NCBI GenBank assembly: GCA_040776945.1
Contig: JAXGZN010000002.1
Span: 608,001-672,000, forward strand
Length of the DNA stretch: 64,000 nt
Source: Methanomassiliicoccaceae archaeon
GTDB lineage: Archaea; Thermoplasmatota; Thermoplasmata; Methanomassiliicoccales; Methanomassiliicoccaceae
Direction: 5' to 3'
A program made the translations under genes and the position numbers. Within the stretch, counting starts at the first letter, position 1. Each line of letters opens with the position of its first letter. Below are positions 1 through 10,569 of the stretch, one piece after another. The notes beneath the pieces are model-generated. The model was not told where the DNA came from, did not search any database, and saw only the letters and a program-made list of their open reading frames with translations.

Positions 1-217
1 CCAGGCGGACAAGGTAGATTGGACCTCCTTGAAAGGCGGAGCGGATATCGGTATGTCAGTTTTCCTGACGTTCGCTGACGGCACGACCCGGACGTTGTAC
101 CGTGAGGATATGCAAGATCAGGGCGAGAGGTATTCCATCAGCGAGCCGGTGAACATATTGGAGAGAGGAGGAACGGTCTCCGCGAGCCTATTAACAGTAT
201 GGGTGTGGTACCCCTGA
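1..217 (+). CDS. hypothetical protein, 5'-truncated by the window edge (possibly pilin-cluster associated)
   Basis: Frame is open from the window start to TGA 215-217 and overlaps the start of the next gene. Confidence 0.55.
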   Translation, partial: QADKVDWTSLKGGADIGMSVFLTFADGTTRTLYREDMQDQGERYSISEPVNILERGGTVSASLLTVWVWYP

Positions 218-648
218 AAGATCGGCTAGGGATTGCCGGACTGTTCGATGCGCTCATATTCCTAGCCGTTGCCTCCCTGGTGTCAGTCTCCCTCATTGCC
301 ACCTTGAGCGCTCATGTAGCGCCGGTGGAGGCTGTGAACGAGAGGATCGAAGCAGCCCACACCGTACTTCTCCGTTCTACCGTGAACGATTCCCGAGGGA
401 ACCCCTCGACCGTCGAAGAGCTGTTCAAACTGCGAGGTCCAGGTGATGGTTGCGAAGAGCATGTCACCAGTGTGCTCGACCTTCTGCTGCCGCGTTCCGG
501 ATGGAGATGGTCCGTGGAACGAGGAGAGCATCGGTGGGCCTTCGGCTCGAAGCAGGTCCCGAACGGCGATGTCATATGCTCCATCTTCAGGGCCCCCATT
601 GATGGACAAGAGGTGACCTATCGCCTTGAGGCATGGCCCCTTCGCTAG
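199..648 (+). CDS. putative type IV pilin-like / class III signal peptide protein
   Basis: N-terminal KDRLG followed by hydrophobic IAGLFDALIFLAVASLVSVSLI resembles an archaeal class III signal. Confidence 0.5.
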   Translation: MGVVPLKDRLGIAGLFDALIFLAVASLVSVSLIATLSAHVAPVEAVNERIEAAHTVLLRSTVNDSRGNPSTVEELFKLRGPGDGCEEHVTSVLDLLLPRSGWRWSVERGEHRWAFGSKQVPNGDVICSIFRAPIDGQEVTYRLEAWPLR

Positions 649-1001
649 CGGACCCGTCCCTTCCGCGCGTCCACGATGCGGCGGGCCTCTTGGTTCGTTC
701 TGCCGAGATCAAGGTAGGAAAAGATGAAGGATAGGACGATGAGGCCGAACACCAGGGAGATGTACAGTGTTTCGTCAATGCCGGATATGAACGACGCAAG
801 GCCCCACTCAAGGTCTCGGTGCGCGAGATAAAGTAGGGCCATGGCCGCCGCCAAGGCGCTGGTGATGTACATCGCGGCCCCATATGATGACCTACGCACC
901 TTGATGGTCAGGGCATCACCGCGGCACTGTTCGCAACGGCCGTCCATAAGGAACGTCATTGGCCTAAGGGCATCGCACCCGGGGCAGTACTTGTACCTCA
1001 T
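645..1001 (-). CDS. zinc-ribbon membrane protein
   Basis: Start moved to ATG 1001 (MRYKYCPGC...CEQC), 2 nt after the apgM stop. Two hydrophobic helices follow. Confidence 0.75.
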   Translation of the reverse strand: MRYKYCPGCDALRPMTFLMDGRCEQCRGDALTIKVRRSSYGAAMYITSALAAAMALLYLAHRDLEWGLASFISGIDETLYISLVFGLIVLSFIFSYLDLGRTNQEARRIVDARKGRVR

Positions 1002-1003
1002 GC

Positions 1004-2245
1004 TCACGCTCCGAACTTCTTCGAACGGTCTGCCCGGTCGAGAAGGATCGGTAATAGGTCCTTGCCCCTTATCCTGCCCAGGGCTCCGGCAGCACACGAC
1101 ACCTCATCATAGGACCTGACACCGTCCCTGATCGACGTTTCCGAAAATATCGTGAGCGGGACAGGGTCTCCCGAATGGTCCATCCTGCTCACTGGGGTGC
1201 AGTGATCGGCGCAGAAAGCCACCACCGAACCTTCCGGCAGGCCCTTCCGGAGATCTCCTGCCATCTCGTCCAGTCGTCCGATCACCTCGATCTTGCGCCT
1301 ATGGTCGCCATCGTGGGAGGCTATGTCCGCCGCTTTGATGTTCATCAGCACGAGGTCCTTTCGGTCAAGCTCCTTCAGCGCGGTCTTGGCCTTGGACATC
1401 ATATCCGTATCAAGCCCTCCAGTCGCTCCTGGGGCATCGATTATCTCAAGGCCGCACACCCTGCAAATGCCTTTAATGAGAGATACGCCGGCCACGCAGG
1501 AGGCGGTCATGCCGTATCTTTTTTCGAACGGCTCGATGTTCGGGAACTCCCCTCCCCCCCGTGGAAGCAGGACATTGGCCGGGAGGAGCCCTTCCTTGCG
1601 CCTCCTAATGTTCACGGGATGCGCGTCCAAGACCTCATAGCTCTTCCTGACGAACTCGTTGACCGCGTCCGCAGTTCTCTGTGCTTGAGGGACCAGCGCC
1701 TTGGAGATCTGCACCTTCGCCGCGCCATGAGGGTCGGCATCGGTAACATTAGGATCAAGCCCATCTCCTTTGAGCAGAAGAACGGCCCTATGTTCGGTGG
1801 CCTCCTTGACGATAGCTTTGATGCCGTTGACCTCCAGCCCCTCAAGGGACTTGACCAGCTCCGTGGTGTCCGGCTCCTTTATGCGTCCGGCCCGGCGATC
1901 GAGAACATCCATCTTGTGGTCCACGGTGGCGAAGTTGCATCGGAAGGCGATGTCGCCCTTCCTCCCGAGAAGCCCAACGCCTGCGGCCTCGAACGGGCCT
2001 CGCCCAGTGTAGACCTCATATGGATCGTATCCAAGCAAGGCCAGGTGTGAAGTGTCCGAGCCCGGGCGGACGCCGGGAGAGATGACATCCATGCAACCCG
2101 AGGTTCCGTTACGAGCGAACCAGTCCAGATTGGTCTTCTCCGCAGATTGGAGGGGTGTACGATACCTCAATCCCTTCACCGCGCGATCGCCCAACCCGTC
2201 CATCACCACAATGAGTATCTTACCTCCGGTCTCCATCTGAACCAT
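1004..2245 (-). CDS. apgM: archaeal 2,3-bisphosphoglycerate-independent phosphoglycerate mutase
   Basis: Motifs MDGLGD, PGSDTSHL, GRGPFEA, DIASHDG and ADHCTP...HSGDPVP. Confidence 0.95.
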   Translation of the reverse strand: MVQMETGGKILIVVMDGLGDRAVKGLRYRTPLQSAEKTNLDWFARNGTSGCMDVISPGVRPGSDTSHLALLGYDPYEVYTGRGPFEAAGVGLLGRKGDIAFRCNFATVDHKMDVLDRRAGRIKEPDTTELVKSLEGLEVNGIKAIVKEATEHRAVLLLKGDGLDPNVTDADPHGAAKVQISKALVPQAQRTADAVNEFVRKSYEVLDAHPVNIRRRKEGLLPANVLLPRGGGEFPNIEPFEKRYGMTASCVAGVSLIKGICRVCGLEIIDAPGATGGLDTDMMSKAKTALKELDRKDLVLMNIKAADIASHDGDHRRKIEVIGRLDEMAGDLRKGLPEGSVVAFCADHCTPVSRMDHSGDPVPLTIFSETSIRDGVRSYDEVSCAAGALGRIRGKDLLPILLDRADRSKKFGA

Positions 2246-2290
2246 GATGTTATTGCCGGAGAGTATAAAAAAGGGTGTTAGGCCTTTCGC

Positions 2291-2668
2291 TCAGGCGGCT
2301 GACCTCGACCAGACCCCTTCGGGCAGAGATTCGTACAGCCCCATCTCCAGGTCCTCATTGACCAAGGACAAGGCCGCGAACTTTTCGATCTTCTCGATAT
2401 TTAGCCCCCAGTAGAACACCCTCCAGGTCCTCCCATTGGGAAGAACGACCTCCTCCCAACGAGTGGTCAGGAGCTGAACGTCCTGCAGGAAATAGAACAT
2501 CCTTCGGTCATCCTGATCGAGCACGTTGTCAATGATCTCGTAGTAGAACCCGAAGTAGTTTAGCATCCTCATCGAGATGTCCTCGGCGACATCATCGGTG
2601 ACCTCCATCTTGTTCTTAATCGCCCTGGTCAATGTTTCGTACGTTACTAGGTTCCTGATAGCGTTCAT
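2291..2668 (-). CDS. conserved Thermoplasmata hypothetical protein (DUF6015-like), paralog of 40485..40880
   Basis: FG..EIIDNVL..DDR..FY.L.D...EEV.L..GR.WR..YW pattern is shared with the ORF at 40485. Confidence 0.75.
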   Translation of the reverse strand: MNAIRNLVTYETLTRAIKNKMEVTDDVAEDISMRMLNYFGFYYEIIDNVLDQDDRRMFYFLQDVQLLTTRWEEVVLPNGRTWRVFYWGLNIEKIEKFAALSLVNEDLEMGLYESLPEGVWSRSAA

Positions 2669-2793
2669 CCCTTCTCCTCCCCTACCTATCTGTATGCACT
2701 ACTATATGAACTTAACGAATCATCCATCCAATGTGGGTACACGTCGTATTTTGTCATAAATGGAAATAATATTAATGGGTTTAAAAAGGGACC

Positions 2794-3846
2794 TTAGATT
2801 ATTATTTCGCCGTCCTTGAGTATCTGGATATCGTCCACCCATATCGACGGGCTCTTTACCAAGCAATCCTGGTGGATCAATGCCGGGCCATCATTGTCGT
2901 AGTTGAACCCGATAGCGAAGTGGCATGTCTTACCGACCTTCTCGTCCTCCAACATATTGTTGACCATCTTGGCCTTGTAGTTCAGCCCTATCCCCAGCTC
3001 TCCGATGTTCCTCGCATTGCGCTCCTCGGCGACAAGCCCGTTCTCCCTTGCCCGCTTCTCCCCGCTCCTTATGACGTTGAGCAATGCTTCTGCATCAGCG
3101 CCCCCGGTGACCTTATCGATGTATCCGTTCTTGAAGTCCAGACGCACCGGCTCCTTCGGCTGCACGGCGTGAGGTATAAGGTCCAACGTGCCATCGTACA
3201 CGATGGTGCCCTTTGTCGAGCCAACGACGGGGGAGACATAGACCTCGCCGCAGGGCACGTTCCCTCCGCTTCCGGGGGTTCTGAAGTCCCCGTCGTCCGC
3301 ATAGCCTAGGCGCCCCTCTATGGAAATGGTGACATCGGTCCCTCCAGGAGCGGTCACGTGCATCGATCTTCCGGCATCGATCACCTTTTTCAGCTTTGCC
3401 GCGTCCTCTCTCATCTTTGCATAGTCGATGACCACGCATCTCTCGAAGGTATCCCTGGTCAGGGAGGGGGACCAGAACGAGCGGATCCGGCGTTCTCCGA
3501 GCATGTAGTATTGGATGTGGTCGTACTTCTTCCCGTCATGCCCGATGTAGCCGACCTTCTGCCCATAGGGGTCTTTTCCGGTCTTGAAATGAGGCACCGA
3601 AATGAAGATATCGGGTGCTTCCCTGATGGCCGCCAGTACGGCGTGCTCTGCGAACTGCAATATGGTCTTGGGCTCTTGGAGCATCATGACCGGCCTCCCA
3701 CCGAGCGCCTTGGTCTGGTCGAACAGCGCTCGGGAGATATCAAAGGAATCCCCTTCGAAGTTGGCGGCGATGACCACTTCCTCTCCTGGTCTGAGCCCGA
3801 TAACATCACGCATGGCCACTAAGGCGGCCTCTTCAAGCTTTGACAT
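2794..3846 (-). CDS. M29-family (thermophilic metalloprotease) aminopeptidase
   Basis: Motifs GNVPCGEVY, NIGELGIG, EDEK...HFAIG and HQD. Confidence 0.88.
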   Translation of the reverse strand: MSKLEEAALVAMRDVIGLRPGEEVVIAANFEGDSFDISRALFDQTKALGGRPVMMLQEPKTILQFAEHAVLAAIREAPDIFISVPHFKTGKDPYGQKVGYIGHDGKKYDHIQYYMLGERRIRSFWSPSLTRDTFERCVVIDYAKMREDAAKLKKVIDAGRSMHVTAPGGTDVTISIEGRLGYADDGDFRTPGSGGNVPCGEVYVSPVVGSTKGTIVYDGTLDLIPHAVQPKEPVRLDFKNGYIDKVTGGADAEALLNVIRSGEKRARENGLVAEERNARNIGELGIGLNYKAKMVNNMLEDEKVGKTCHFAIGFNYDNDGPALIHQDCLVKSPSIWVDDIQILKDGEIII

Positions 3847-4008
3847 CAGAACCCTCTAGTTCACTGATGTTCTCGGAACCGGTTCGTTAGTATAATAGAT
3901 TTGGGAGATCGTTCGTTATCCTGGGACCAGTATAGAAGAGCGCCCTGTTCTAACGATGATGAGCAGAATGGAAAAAGAGGGAAGTTGTTTACGAGCGTTG
4001 GTTCCTGC

Positions 4009-4185
4009 TTAGAACCTTCTCTCGCTGCGTGCCGGCTTGTGCTTCTGGTAGCATTCCCTGCAGTAGACCGGCCTTCCCTCAGTCGGCTTGAATGGGACCT
4101 GGGTCTCGGCTCCGCAATCGGAGCACTTCGCTGGATGCATCTCACGGGGTTCGTCGCGCCTATATCCGCCTCTTCTGTCGTTCAT
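4009..4185 (-). CDS. small CxxC-x17-CxxC zinc-ribbon protein
   Basis: REMHPAKCSDCG...VPFKP...RPVYCRECY; start ATG 4185. Confidence 0.88.
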   Translation of the reverse strand: MNDRRGGYRRDEPREMHPAKCSDCGAETQVPFKPTEGRPVYCRECYQKHKPARSERRF

Positions 4186-4403
4186 ACGATTACCTGTTGC
4201 TGTTCTCCACACGCTGTTAGGACATGTGTATGCCTCTCCAATTCATAATCAGGTATAAAATAACAACTATTACGAACGCCATAATTACAAACCGAACGCT
4301 GGGTATGGCGGTCTTGGTGGTTTCCTGAAGGCATTTCTACATCCCCGCAGACCAAGCGGCATTTGATAAGATTTATATGGAAAACCGCTCATCCTTCTCT
4401 TCC

Positions 4404-4634
4404 ATGAACAAGAACGTTCTGTTGGTCCTTGTTATCATACTCACTCCGATCGTGGTCCTCGGATCCCTTGCCATGGCCGGGGCTGAGAACTTCAAGGTTC
4501 AGAAAGATAAGTTCGTGGAAGAGGAGAAGACCACTACCCATGGCGAAGGTGAATCGCTGCCATTGGCCATTGTCGAACAGTTCCGTTCGCCGTTCCTTCT
4601 CCAGGTCCCGACCTTTCTAGGGTCATCGGTCTGA
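4404..4634 (+). CDS. small membrane-anchored hypothetical protein
   Basis: MNKN followed by a hydrophobic helix; AT-rich box upstream; T-run downstream at about 4677. Confidence 0.55.
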   Translation: MNKNVLLVLVIILTPIVVLGSLAMAGAENFKVQKDKFVEEEKTTTHGEGESLPLAIVEQFRSPFLLQVPTFLGSSV

Positions 4635-4758
4635 ACACATCGTTCCTGACCGTCCCCGTTCCCGCGGGGCCATGTTCTTTTTTAAACGAGATCGAAATCG
4701 ATCTTCCATGTCGCTCGGCAATCGAAGGACATGAAAACAAATAGGGGCGTCGGCGAGG

Positions 4759-4983
4759 TCAGTCCTTGGTCCGGGCGGTTTTTGGCTCGGAGGTCATGAC
4801 GATCCTAACTCGCTTTCCAGGCGGGACATTGATGACGACCTCCTCCCTTATGCTCCTCTCGGACACCTCCTTCTCCTTCCTTACGCTCTTGTTCATCTTC
4901 AACATTTTCTCAGTGGGCTCATCTAGCAGCACAATGTTCAGCTGCCTTGCCTCGTCCGAAGCCGCCAATATTAGCTCTCCCAT
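4759..4983 (-). CDS. small hypothetical protein
   Basis: GGTGA ribosome-binding site before ATG 4983; charged, protein-like composition. Confidence 0.6.
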   Translation of the reverse strand: MGELILAASDEARQLNIVLLDEPTEKMLKMNKSVRKEKEVSERSIREEVVINVPPGKRVRIVMTSEPKTARTKD

Positions 4984-5350
4984 ATTATCACCTGCCGATC
5001 GTGTACATGAATAGGGACGGACCATGCCGTTCCGGGACCACAGCATGGTCCATTATCCGCTCTATGTAAGTCTGCGACATAACTTTAAACAAACCCCTAT
5101 AGTGGACCCCTCGATAGCATTTTCTATGCATTCTATCCCGGTATAGTCATGGTCCTTGAAGTATCGAAAGGTTATAAACATTTCATGGACCTTGGACGTA
5201 TGCTTGTCTCTGGCCGGAACTGCGGTGCTATCCGAACGGTCTACGGGCTATGACGCATCCTATGCAACAGGACCATAGTCTCGTAGTTCCGGTTTGAATT
5301 CACTAGATATTATTATTAGGTTCGGGCTCAGTATTCTCATATTCGATAAT

Positions 5351-6019
5351 ATGACGGGATCGAGTCCGCCTGCTGAGCCTAAGAAAGGCTTGCCAAAAAC
5401 GCTGGTAGTCATCGCCATCGTCGCTGTGGTAGCCATAGCGGCGATAGCGGGGGCCTATATGCTGATGAACAATCCTGGACCCAACGACAAGAACGGTAAC
5501 GGGAATGGGAATAACGATAAAGGCGGTGATAATGGTAAGACACCAATATCGGCCATAGCCAATGGGGACTATATCGAGATCAAGACGACCACCGAGAACG
5601 ATACGCTCTCCATGAACTCAACAATTAGGTGGGAGGTATCTAATGTCACCGCCACGGGGTATGACATAACCATACGCATAAATTATGGCTTGTTTAACCA
5701 GACCATCACCCATCATGCCAACCTGACCGATGTCATTGGAACCGGTGCGGTAAATGATAATTATTCGATAGGTACGCTTATCGGAATTGAAACGCTTTCC
5801 ACACCAATCGGAAATAAGAAAGTGGAGCACTGGAGGATCACCGAGACAGACGATACAAATCTGACGGTGACCGACTATTACGTCGGTAAGGACACCAAAA
5901 TGGTCTATAAATTGACCATGGTGAACACTGACTCCAGCTACCCTGAGAACAATATGAACTATACGTCCGTCCTGGTCGCCACCAACATAGAGTCATTGAA
6001 AAATGGGGATAAGGCCTGA
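5351..6019 (+). CDS. membrane-anchored extracellular protein (Asn/Gly linker, Thr/Asn-rich domain)
   Basis: N-terminal KKGLPK plus TM helix, NGNGNN linker and many N-x-S/T sequons. Confidence 0.8.
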   Translation: MTGSSPPAEPKKGLPKTLVVIAIVAVVAIAAIAGAYMLMNNPGPNDKNGNGNGNNDKGGDNGKTPISAIANGDYIEIKTTTENDTLSMNSTIRWEVSNVTATGYDITIRINYGLFNQTITHHANLTDVIGTGAVNDNYSIGTLIGIETLSTPIGNKKVEHWRITETDDTNLTVTDYYVGKDTKMVYKLTMVNTDSSYPENNMNYTSVLVATNIESLKNGDKA

Positions 6020-6031
6020 AGTAACTACAAA

Positions 6032-6080
6032 GCGAGGCCAGACGGCCTCGCGATCATCTTATTTTTCCTTATCCTTTTCA
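6032..6080 (+). terminator. hairpin plus pyrimidine-rich terminator
   Basis: GCGAGGCC-agac-GGCCTCGC followed by a T-rich tract, just after stop 6019. Confidence 0.6.
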
Positions 6081-6647
6081 TCCATTCCACGTCGTCCGAA
6101 TCATATCCATTTCGACGAAAAGCGAGCACAAGCCTCTGTTCGTGATCTAACTGCGCTACTGCGCATCGAACAATATCATCGATGATGGTGGCTCCTCTTC
6201 ACTTGACAGTTTTCTACCATTGGTTCGTTGAAGTACCACATCAGAAACGAGGACAGCTCTGGGCGAGCAACGATCGTATCAAGATGCAGAAATGAAAGGG
6301 CTGTGTTCGAATTCCGGAGCCACACATGGTTCTCTGAAAGCTCAACCATTCATTCCATGCTGAAGCCCTCAAGTGATGACTGTTCTTCAAATATTGTGAA
6401 AAGCTTCTGATCGTCAGTCCATTCGCCCAATGATGGGGGTCGCCCTAGAGAGGCCCCTGTAAGAACCTGGCCGCTTACTGGCCGATTACAGATCGGAACC
6501 GGAGAACTATATGTCGATCCTTCTTTTTTATTTAATGGAATATTTATATATAATCAAAAAACAACATTCACAACTTACGTCTTTATTTCATTCATAAACT
6601 GGCCCGTTCAAATCCGTTTACTGAATTCGAATATTGACGGGATTAAT

Positions 6648-7142
6648 ATGGACTTGAAAGCTACGAAGATCGGAGGGTCTGGAATCATTACTGCCCTAGT
6701 AATAATTTGTTTGAGCACATTCTTGATAGCGGCCTTCACTTGGTCATCGCAGATGACCGCGTTTAAAAATCCTCAAGAAATATCACTAGGAACGCCCAGC
6801 GTTAATGAGTGGGACGCGGCTCAGTTCTTCAAAGAAAGCGTCGATTACGATATTACTATGAAAGCGAACTACAACTTCCATAGTGGAGCCAGCATAACAT
6901 ATTATATCAAAGTCATTGCCTCTGCGATACAAGGGACGATTGAACTTGGAGACTTTACTCTATCAATATCGGGAGTAACGGCGACCCTAAGTGAATCATC
7001 TGCAGGCGTATGGGTTTCGACACCTATTAGTGTTTTTAAAAATAACCCGGACGACGATATTACTATTACAATAACGCCCTCTGTTAACGCACTTGATCTT
7101 GGCATGGTTTCTTTCGAAATATCTGCACAGTCGTCTGCTTGA
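6648..7142 (+). CDS. secreted/surface hypothetical protein in the AT-rich patch
   Basis: N-terminal hydrophobic helix and Ser/Thr-rich body; AT-rich promoter-like tract at 6520-6560. Confidence 0.7.
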   Translation: MDLKATKIGGSGIITALVIICLSTFLIAAFTWSSQMTAFKNPQEISLGTPSVNEWDAAQFFKESVDYDITMKANYNFHSGASITYYIKVIASAIQGTIELGDFTLSISGVTATLSESSAGVWVSTPISVFKNNPDDDITITITPSVNALDLGMVSFEISAQSSA

Positions 7143-7400
7143 GCGATAAACCCCTTCCCATCATTTTTCACCCGATGTCAGAAAGTGGATCGACCGTATT
7201 GTCGGGGATAGCACTTGATGATGAGTTTCAAGAAGGTCGGCCAGCAATCGTACTCATCCGAATGATCAATAGAACGATGAAACATATCATAACGCAACTA
7301 TTGTTATTCCTTCACGACATCTTCCTCTCGACATGCAACCGGCTTCGAATTACTTCATACCTCATTTCGCCATGCCTTTCGTCCGACTTGCAACATGCCC

Positions 7401-7719
7401 TTAATGCGAAGCATAGTTTACCATGCTGACCTCGATAATAATCGATACGGCCACGATTGACTTGAGGGCAGTTATCGGTTCATTGAAAAGTAAGTACCTA
7501 GCGCAACAGCGATTATGGTGCCAAGGCCGCTCCAAATGCCATATACGACGCTGATGCGTATCCCCTCAATGATGAGGGTGAGAAATCCGAAGCAAACAAA
7601 GTAGAACACACCAACAAGATCGGTTTCCAGCATCCATTCCCCGCCATCTTATGGCTTCATCATGGTTGTTCCGCCCCCTCCCCGAAGAGAAATGTCAATC
7701 CTAGATATGCCCATTCCAT
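7401..7719 (-). pseudogene. SMR (EmrE/QacE-like) multidrug exporter pseudogene
   Basis: Manual translation gives MEWAYLGLTFLF /fs/ GTTMMKP*DG...VVYGIWSGLGTIIAVALGTYF /fs/ FNEPITALKSIV..., with two frameshifts and one internal stop. Confidence 0.85.
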
Positions 7720-7739
7720 TACCATATCTTCTCCAGAGC

Positions 7740-8322
7740 CATAATTTGAACCCCCAAGAACCATATCAGCGATCGCATCGATTTCAATGGTGTCGCCTAT
7801 GTTTTGGGCACACACGGAACTTTGAACTGATATTCCATCAAGAACGGTGATCATGTTAGACGCTGATTCGATCTCCACATGATGGATGACCCAATGTCTT
7901 TTCTTCCATTATATGGTATTAACCTGATCTGGATAGCTTTCAAATGATGTGATGAAGCTATAACGGAGATCTTCGTTCATGTTCCATCCATCTCCGATCA
8001 ATCCGAGATGCAGTCTGGAATATCCTAGATAGCTCTTATCGAATCGATAACTGTTGATGATGAGCGCTCTGATATCCGATTCATCGTAGGTCTCGACGCG
8101 GCTATGTCATACTCCTCTCTTTGATAGGACTTCAGTGCCTGTTAACAAACAGTGTGAAAGAGCTCGTTCTTATCTCTGAAATAATGGCTAAGGGCACCCT
8201 TGGTGAGATTGGCCAAAGCAGTGAGGTCATCCCTCGATGCTCCATCCAAATCTTTCCTATATAAAGGATCAAACGCAGCGTCCACGATTTGCCCTCTGCT
8301 GCCTCCTCCCTCCTTGGTCGCG
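7740..8322 (-). pseudogene. TetR-family regulator pseudogene
   Basis: IVDAAFD...DGASRDDLTALANLTKGALSHYFRDKNELF is a TetR HTH. It has no start codon, an in-frame TAA at 8142 and a disrupted C-terminal part. Boundaries are approximate. Confidence 0.75.
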
Positions 8323-8428
8323 CTGAACTTAACTGGCCCGGAGAGAGCCGAGCCCCTACTCACCGTACATCGAGTTAGCCAGGTTGAAAACGATGGGCCG
8401 CATTCACGTCCTCTGGATTGAGAACTGC

Positions 8429-8515
8429 TGGTGCAGGGGGTGCGATTTGAACGCACGGACCACTAAGGATAGGATCCTAAGTCCTACGCCGTTGGCCAAG
8501 CTTGGCTACCCCTGC
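8429..8515 (-). tRNA. trnL: tRNA-Leu(UAG), CCA encoded, no intron
   Basis: Acceptor stem GCAGGGG/CCCCTGC, anticodon arm TAGGA-CTTAGGA-TCCTA, long variable arm, GTTCAAATC T-loop; TATA-like CATAAATA about 25-30 nt upstream. Confidence 0.96.
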
Positions 8516-9162
8516 GTGCTGGATGCGAATATCTGCGGGGTATTTATGCCTTGACTTGAGGAAGATACGAAATCACTTAGGCCCGATCATTTGACCACCT
8601 GACGAAGGAGATCGATGTTGGGCACATTGAGGCGTAAAGCAGAGTTGGAAAAGCGCACTGCCGAACGGCCTAGAGGAAAACGATGAGCAGAACCTCCAAG
8701 AAAGAGGCTCTCTCAGGTCCACGGGTTTTAGCGACCTACGGATGCGTGAGAACATTAGCGTTCGAGGAAAAAACTCTTTTAGAAAAGCCGGAGAGGGTTC
8801 GCGGTCCTATCGACCACCTGTCACTTACCTTGTATGGGTCGACACGGGGGCAGGAAAACAGGGTTCAGCAATATCTATATGATTTTAGCTCAATAGGCGG
8901 ACATCTCTACTATCGACCTCATCACCTATGCGCCGGCCTTGTCCGTGCACGAAAGACCTGGCCATGACATTCCAGTTTCTTATCGCTTGGGCGGGCTCAA
9001 GATTACCATCGATTGGAAAGCGCGGTCGTCAAATCCATTTCAACCGTTCCCATGCCCCGCAAGCCTTTGAGGGGCCCGGCGCTCATCATAATGGCCGTTC
9101 CCTTTTTTCACCATCTCCGACCGACCGGTCCTCCACGATGATAGCAGCCAGCGGTCCGATCG

Positions 9163-9612
9163 CTAACGATTCGTGCCCTTAGTTGCACGCTCGATCTCGG
9201 ATCCCAGCAAATGCTCCATAGAGGTCATGGCGTTCTCCCTGCTCTGAGGATATGACTTGACCTTGCCCTTGACGGCGATGACATCCTCGCCATTGGCCAG
9301 GACATAGCGTTCCTGGAACGCCTCCTGCTTGTCCAATCGGAAATAGAAGAAAGAATCATCGTCCATGCGCAGGTCGAGAGTATCGAGAAGGACCGTCAGG
9401 GACCGAGGGCCCAGGGAGCGCAGCAATGCCTTGATGTGCTTGGAGTCGCTGATCTTCGCCTCCATCACGATGATGGGATTACCGTAATATCCGGTGCTCG
9501 AGCTCCGGGTCACGGTCTCCGCGCCGGAAACGAACCGGAGCGCTCTCTCCACCTTCGCGGGGTCCTCGGTGCCGTGAGCGAACGTGCGAAAGGATAGGTT
9601 GGCAATGTCCAC
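9163..9612 (-). CDS. archaeal RNA-binding domain protein (COG1325-like)
   Basis: Motifs HGTEDPAKV, GYYGNPI, FRLDKQ.AF and KVKSYP. Confidence 0.85.
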   Translation of the reverse strand: MDIANLSFRTFAHGTEDPAKVERALRFVSGAETVTRSSSTGYYGNPIIVMEAKISDSKHIKALLRSLGPRSLTVLLDTLDLRMDDDSFFYFRLDKQEAFQERYVLANGEDVIAVKGKVKSYPQSRENAMTSMEHLLGSEIERATKGTNR

Positions 9613-9742
9613 GAATGTCCATGCAACTAGCGGATATTATTCATTTCCGTCCTGGGGCAGCGTATCCCAACGGAACAATTGCTCCGCAACCTTAAAATCG
9701 CCATTTCCATAATCGTTGAAGGAAGCAAGCGAGGTCAGAAGA

Positions 9743-10294
9743 ATGTTAGAGATACGATTCCACGGACGCGGCGGGCAAGGAGCTGTCGTCGCTTCCGAGA
9801 TCCTAGCCAGGGCGGCCATGAAGGAGGGCAAGCACGCATCGGCCTTCCCGTTCTTCGGCGTGGAAAGAAGAGGAGCTCCGGTCATGGCGTTCTGCCGCAT
9901 CGATGACCGCCCCATACGCATCCACGCCGGCATCTACGAGCCGGACCACGTTGTCGTCCTGGACCATGCGCTCATGAGGTTGGTCAACGTACTGGAGGGG
10001 CATAAGGAAGGCGGCTCGCTGGTCGTGAACACCTCTCTTCCGCTGAAGGAGCTGAGTCTCCCGGAAGGACTGAGGACAGTGCTCATAGACGCAACGACCA
10101 TAGCTCTCCGAAGAGGCCTGGGCAGCGCGACCGCGCCCATAGTCAACACCGCCATCCTAGGCGCTTTCGCCAAGGCCTGCGACATAGTGTCCATAGATTC
10201 CATACTTGAGAGCATCAAGGAGTCGGCGCCGGCCAAGAAGGAACAGAACGTGGCGGCGGCCCAGGATGCCTACCGTGCCGTGGGTGGGATGTGA
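9743..10294 (+). CDS. porC: pyruvate/2-oxoacid:ferredoxin oxidoreductase gamma subunit
   Basis: MLEIRFHGRGGQG, FGVERRGAPV and NTAILGA. Confidence 0.93.
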   Translation: MLEIRFHGRGGQGAVVASEILARAAMKEGKHASAFPFFGVERRGAPVMAFCRIDDRPIRIHAGIYEPDHVVVLDHALMRLVNVLEGHKEGGSLVVNTSLPLKELSLPEGLRTVLIDATTIALRRGLGSATAPIVNTAILGAFAKACDIVSIDSILESIKESAPAKKEQNVAAAQDAYRAVGGM

Positions 10295-10569
10295 TGTACA
10301 GGACCTACAAGGATCTCCCGTCCGAACCGGTTGCGTTCCAGAGCACCGAGGACATCATGACCGGTACCTGGAGGACCATACGCCCGGTCATCGACAAGGG
10401 CAAGTGCATTCGCTGCTACATGTGCTGGAAGTTCTGCCCCGATATGAGCATGATCGTGGAGAAGGAGGGCGACTATCCATACGTCGACCTTGACCATTGC
10501 AAGGGCTGCGGGATCTGCTCCAACGAATGTCCGCGCGGGGCCATAAAGATGGAGAGGGAAACACTATGA
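10291..10569 (+). CDS. porD: 2-oxoacid:ferredoxin oxidoreductase delta subunit (2x[4Fe-4S])
   Basis: TGTWR..RP, CIRCYMCWKFCP and CKGCGICSNECP. Confidence 0.93.
   Translation: MMYRTYKDLPSEPVAFQSTEDIMTGTWRTIRPVIDKGKCIRCYMCWKFCPDMSMIVEKEGDYPYVDLDHCKGCGICSNECPRGAIKMERETL

Noticed and set aside
5000-8428. attL/attR duplication of the tRNA 3' end
   Set aside because: No copy of the tRNA 3' sequence was found by eye, so no intact element is called.
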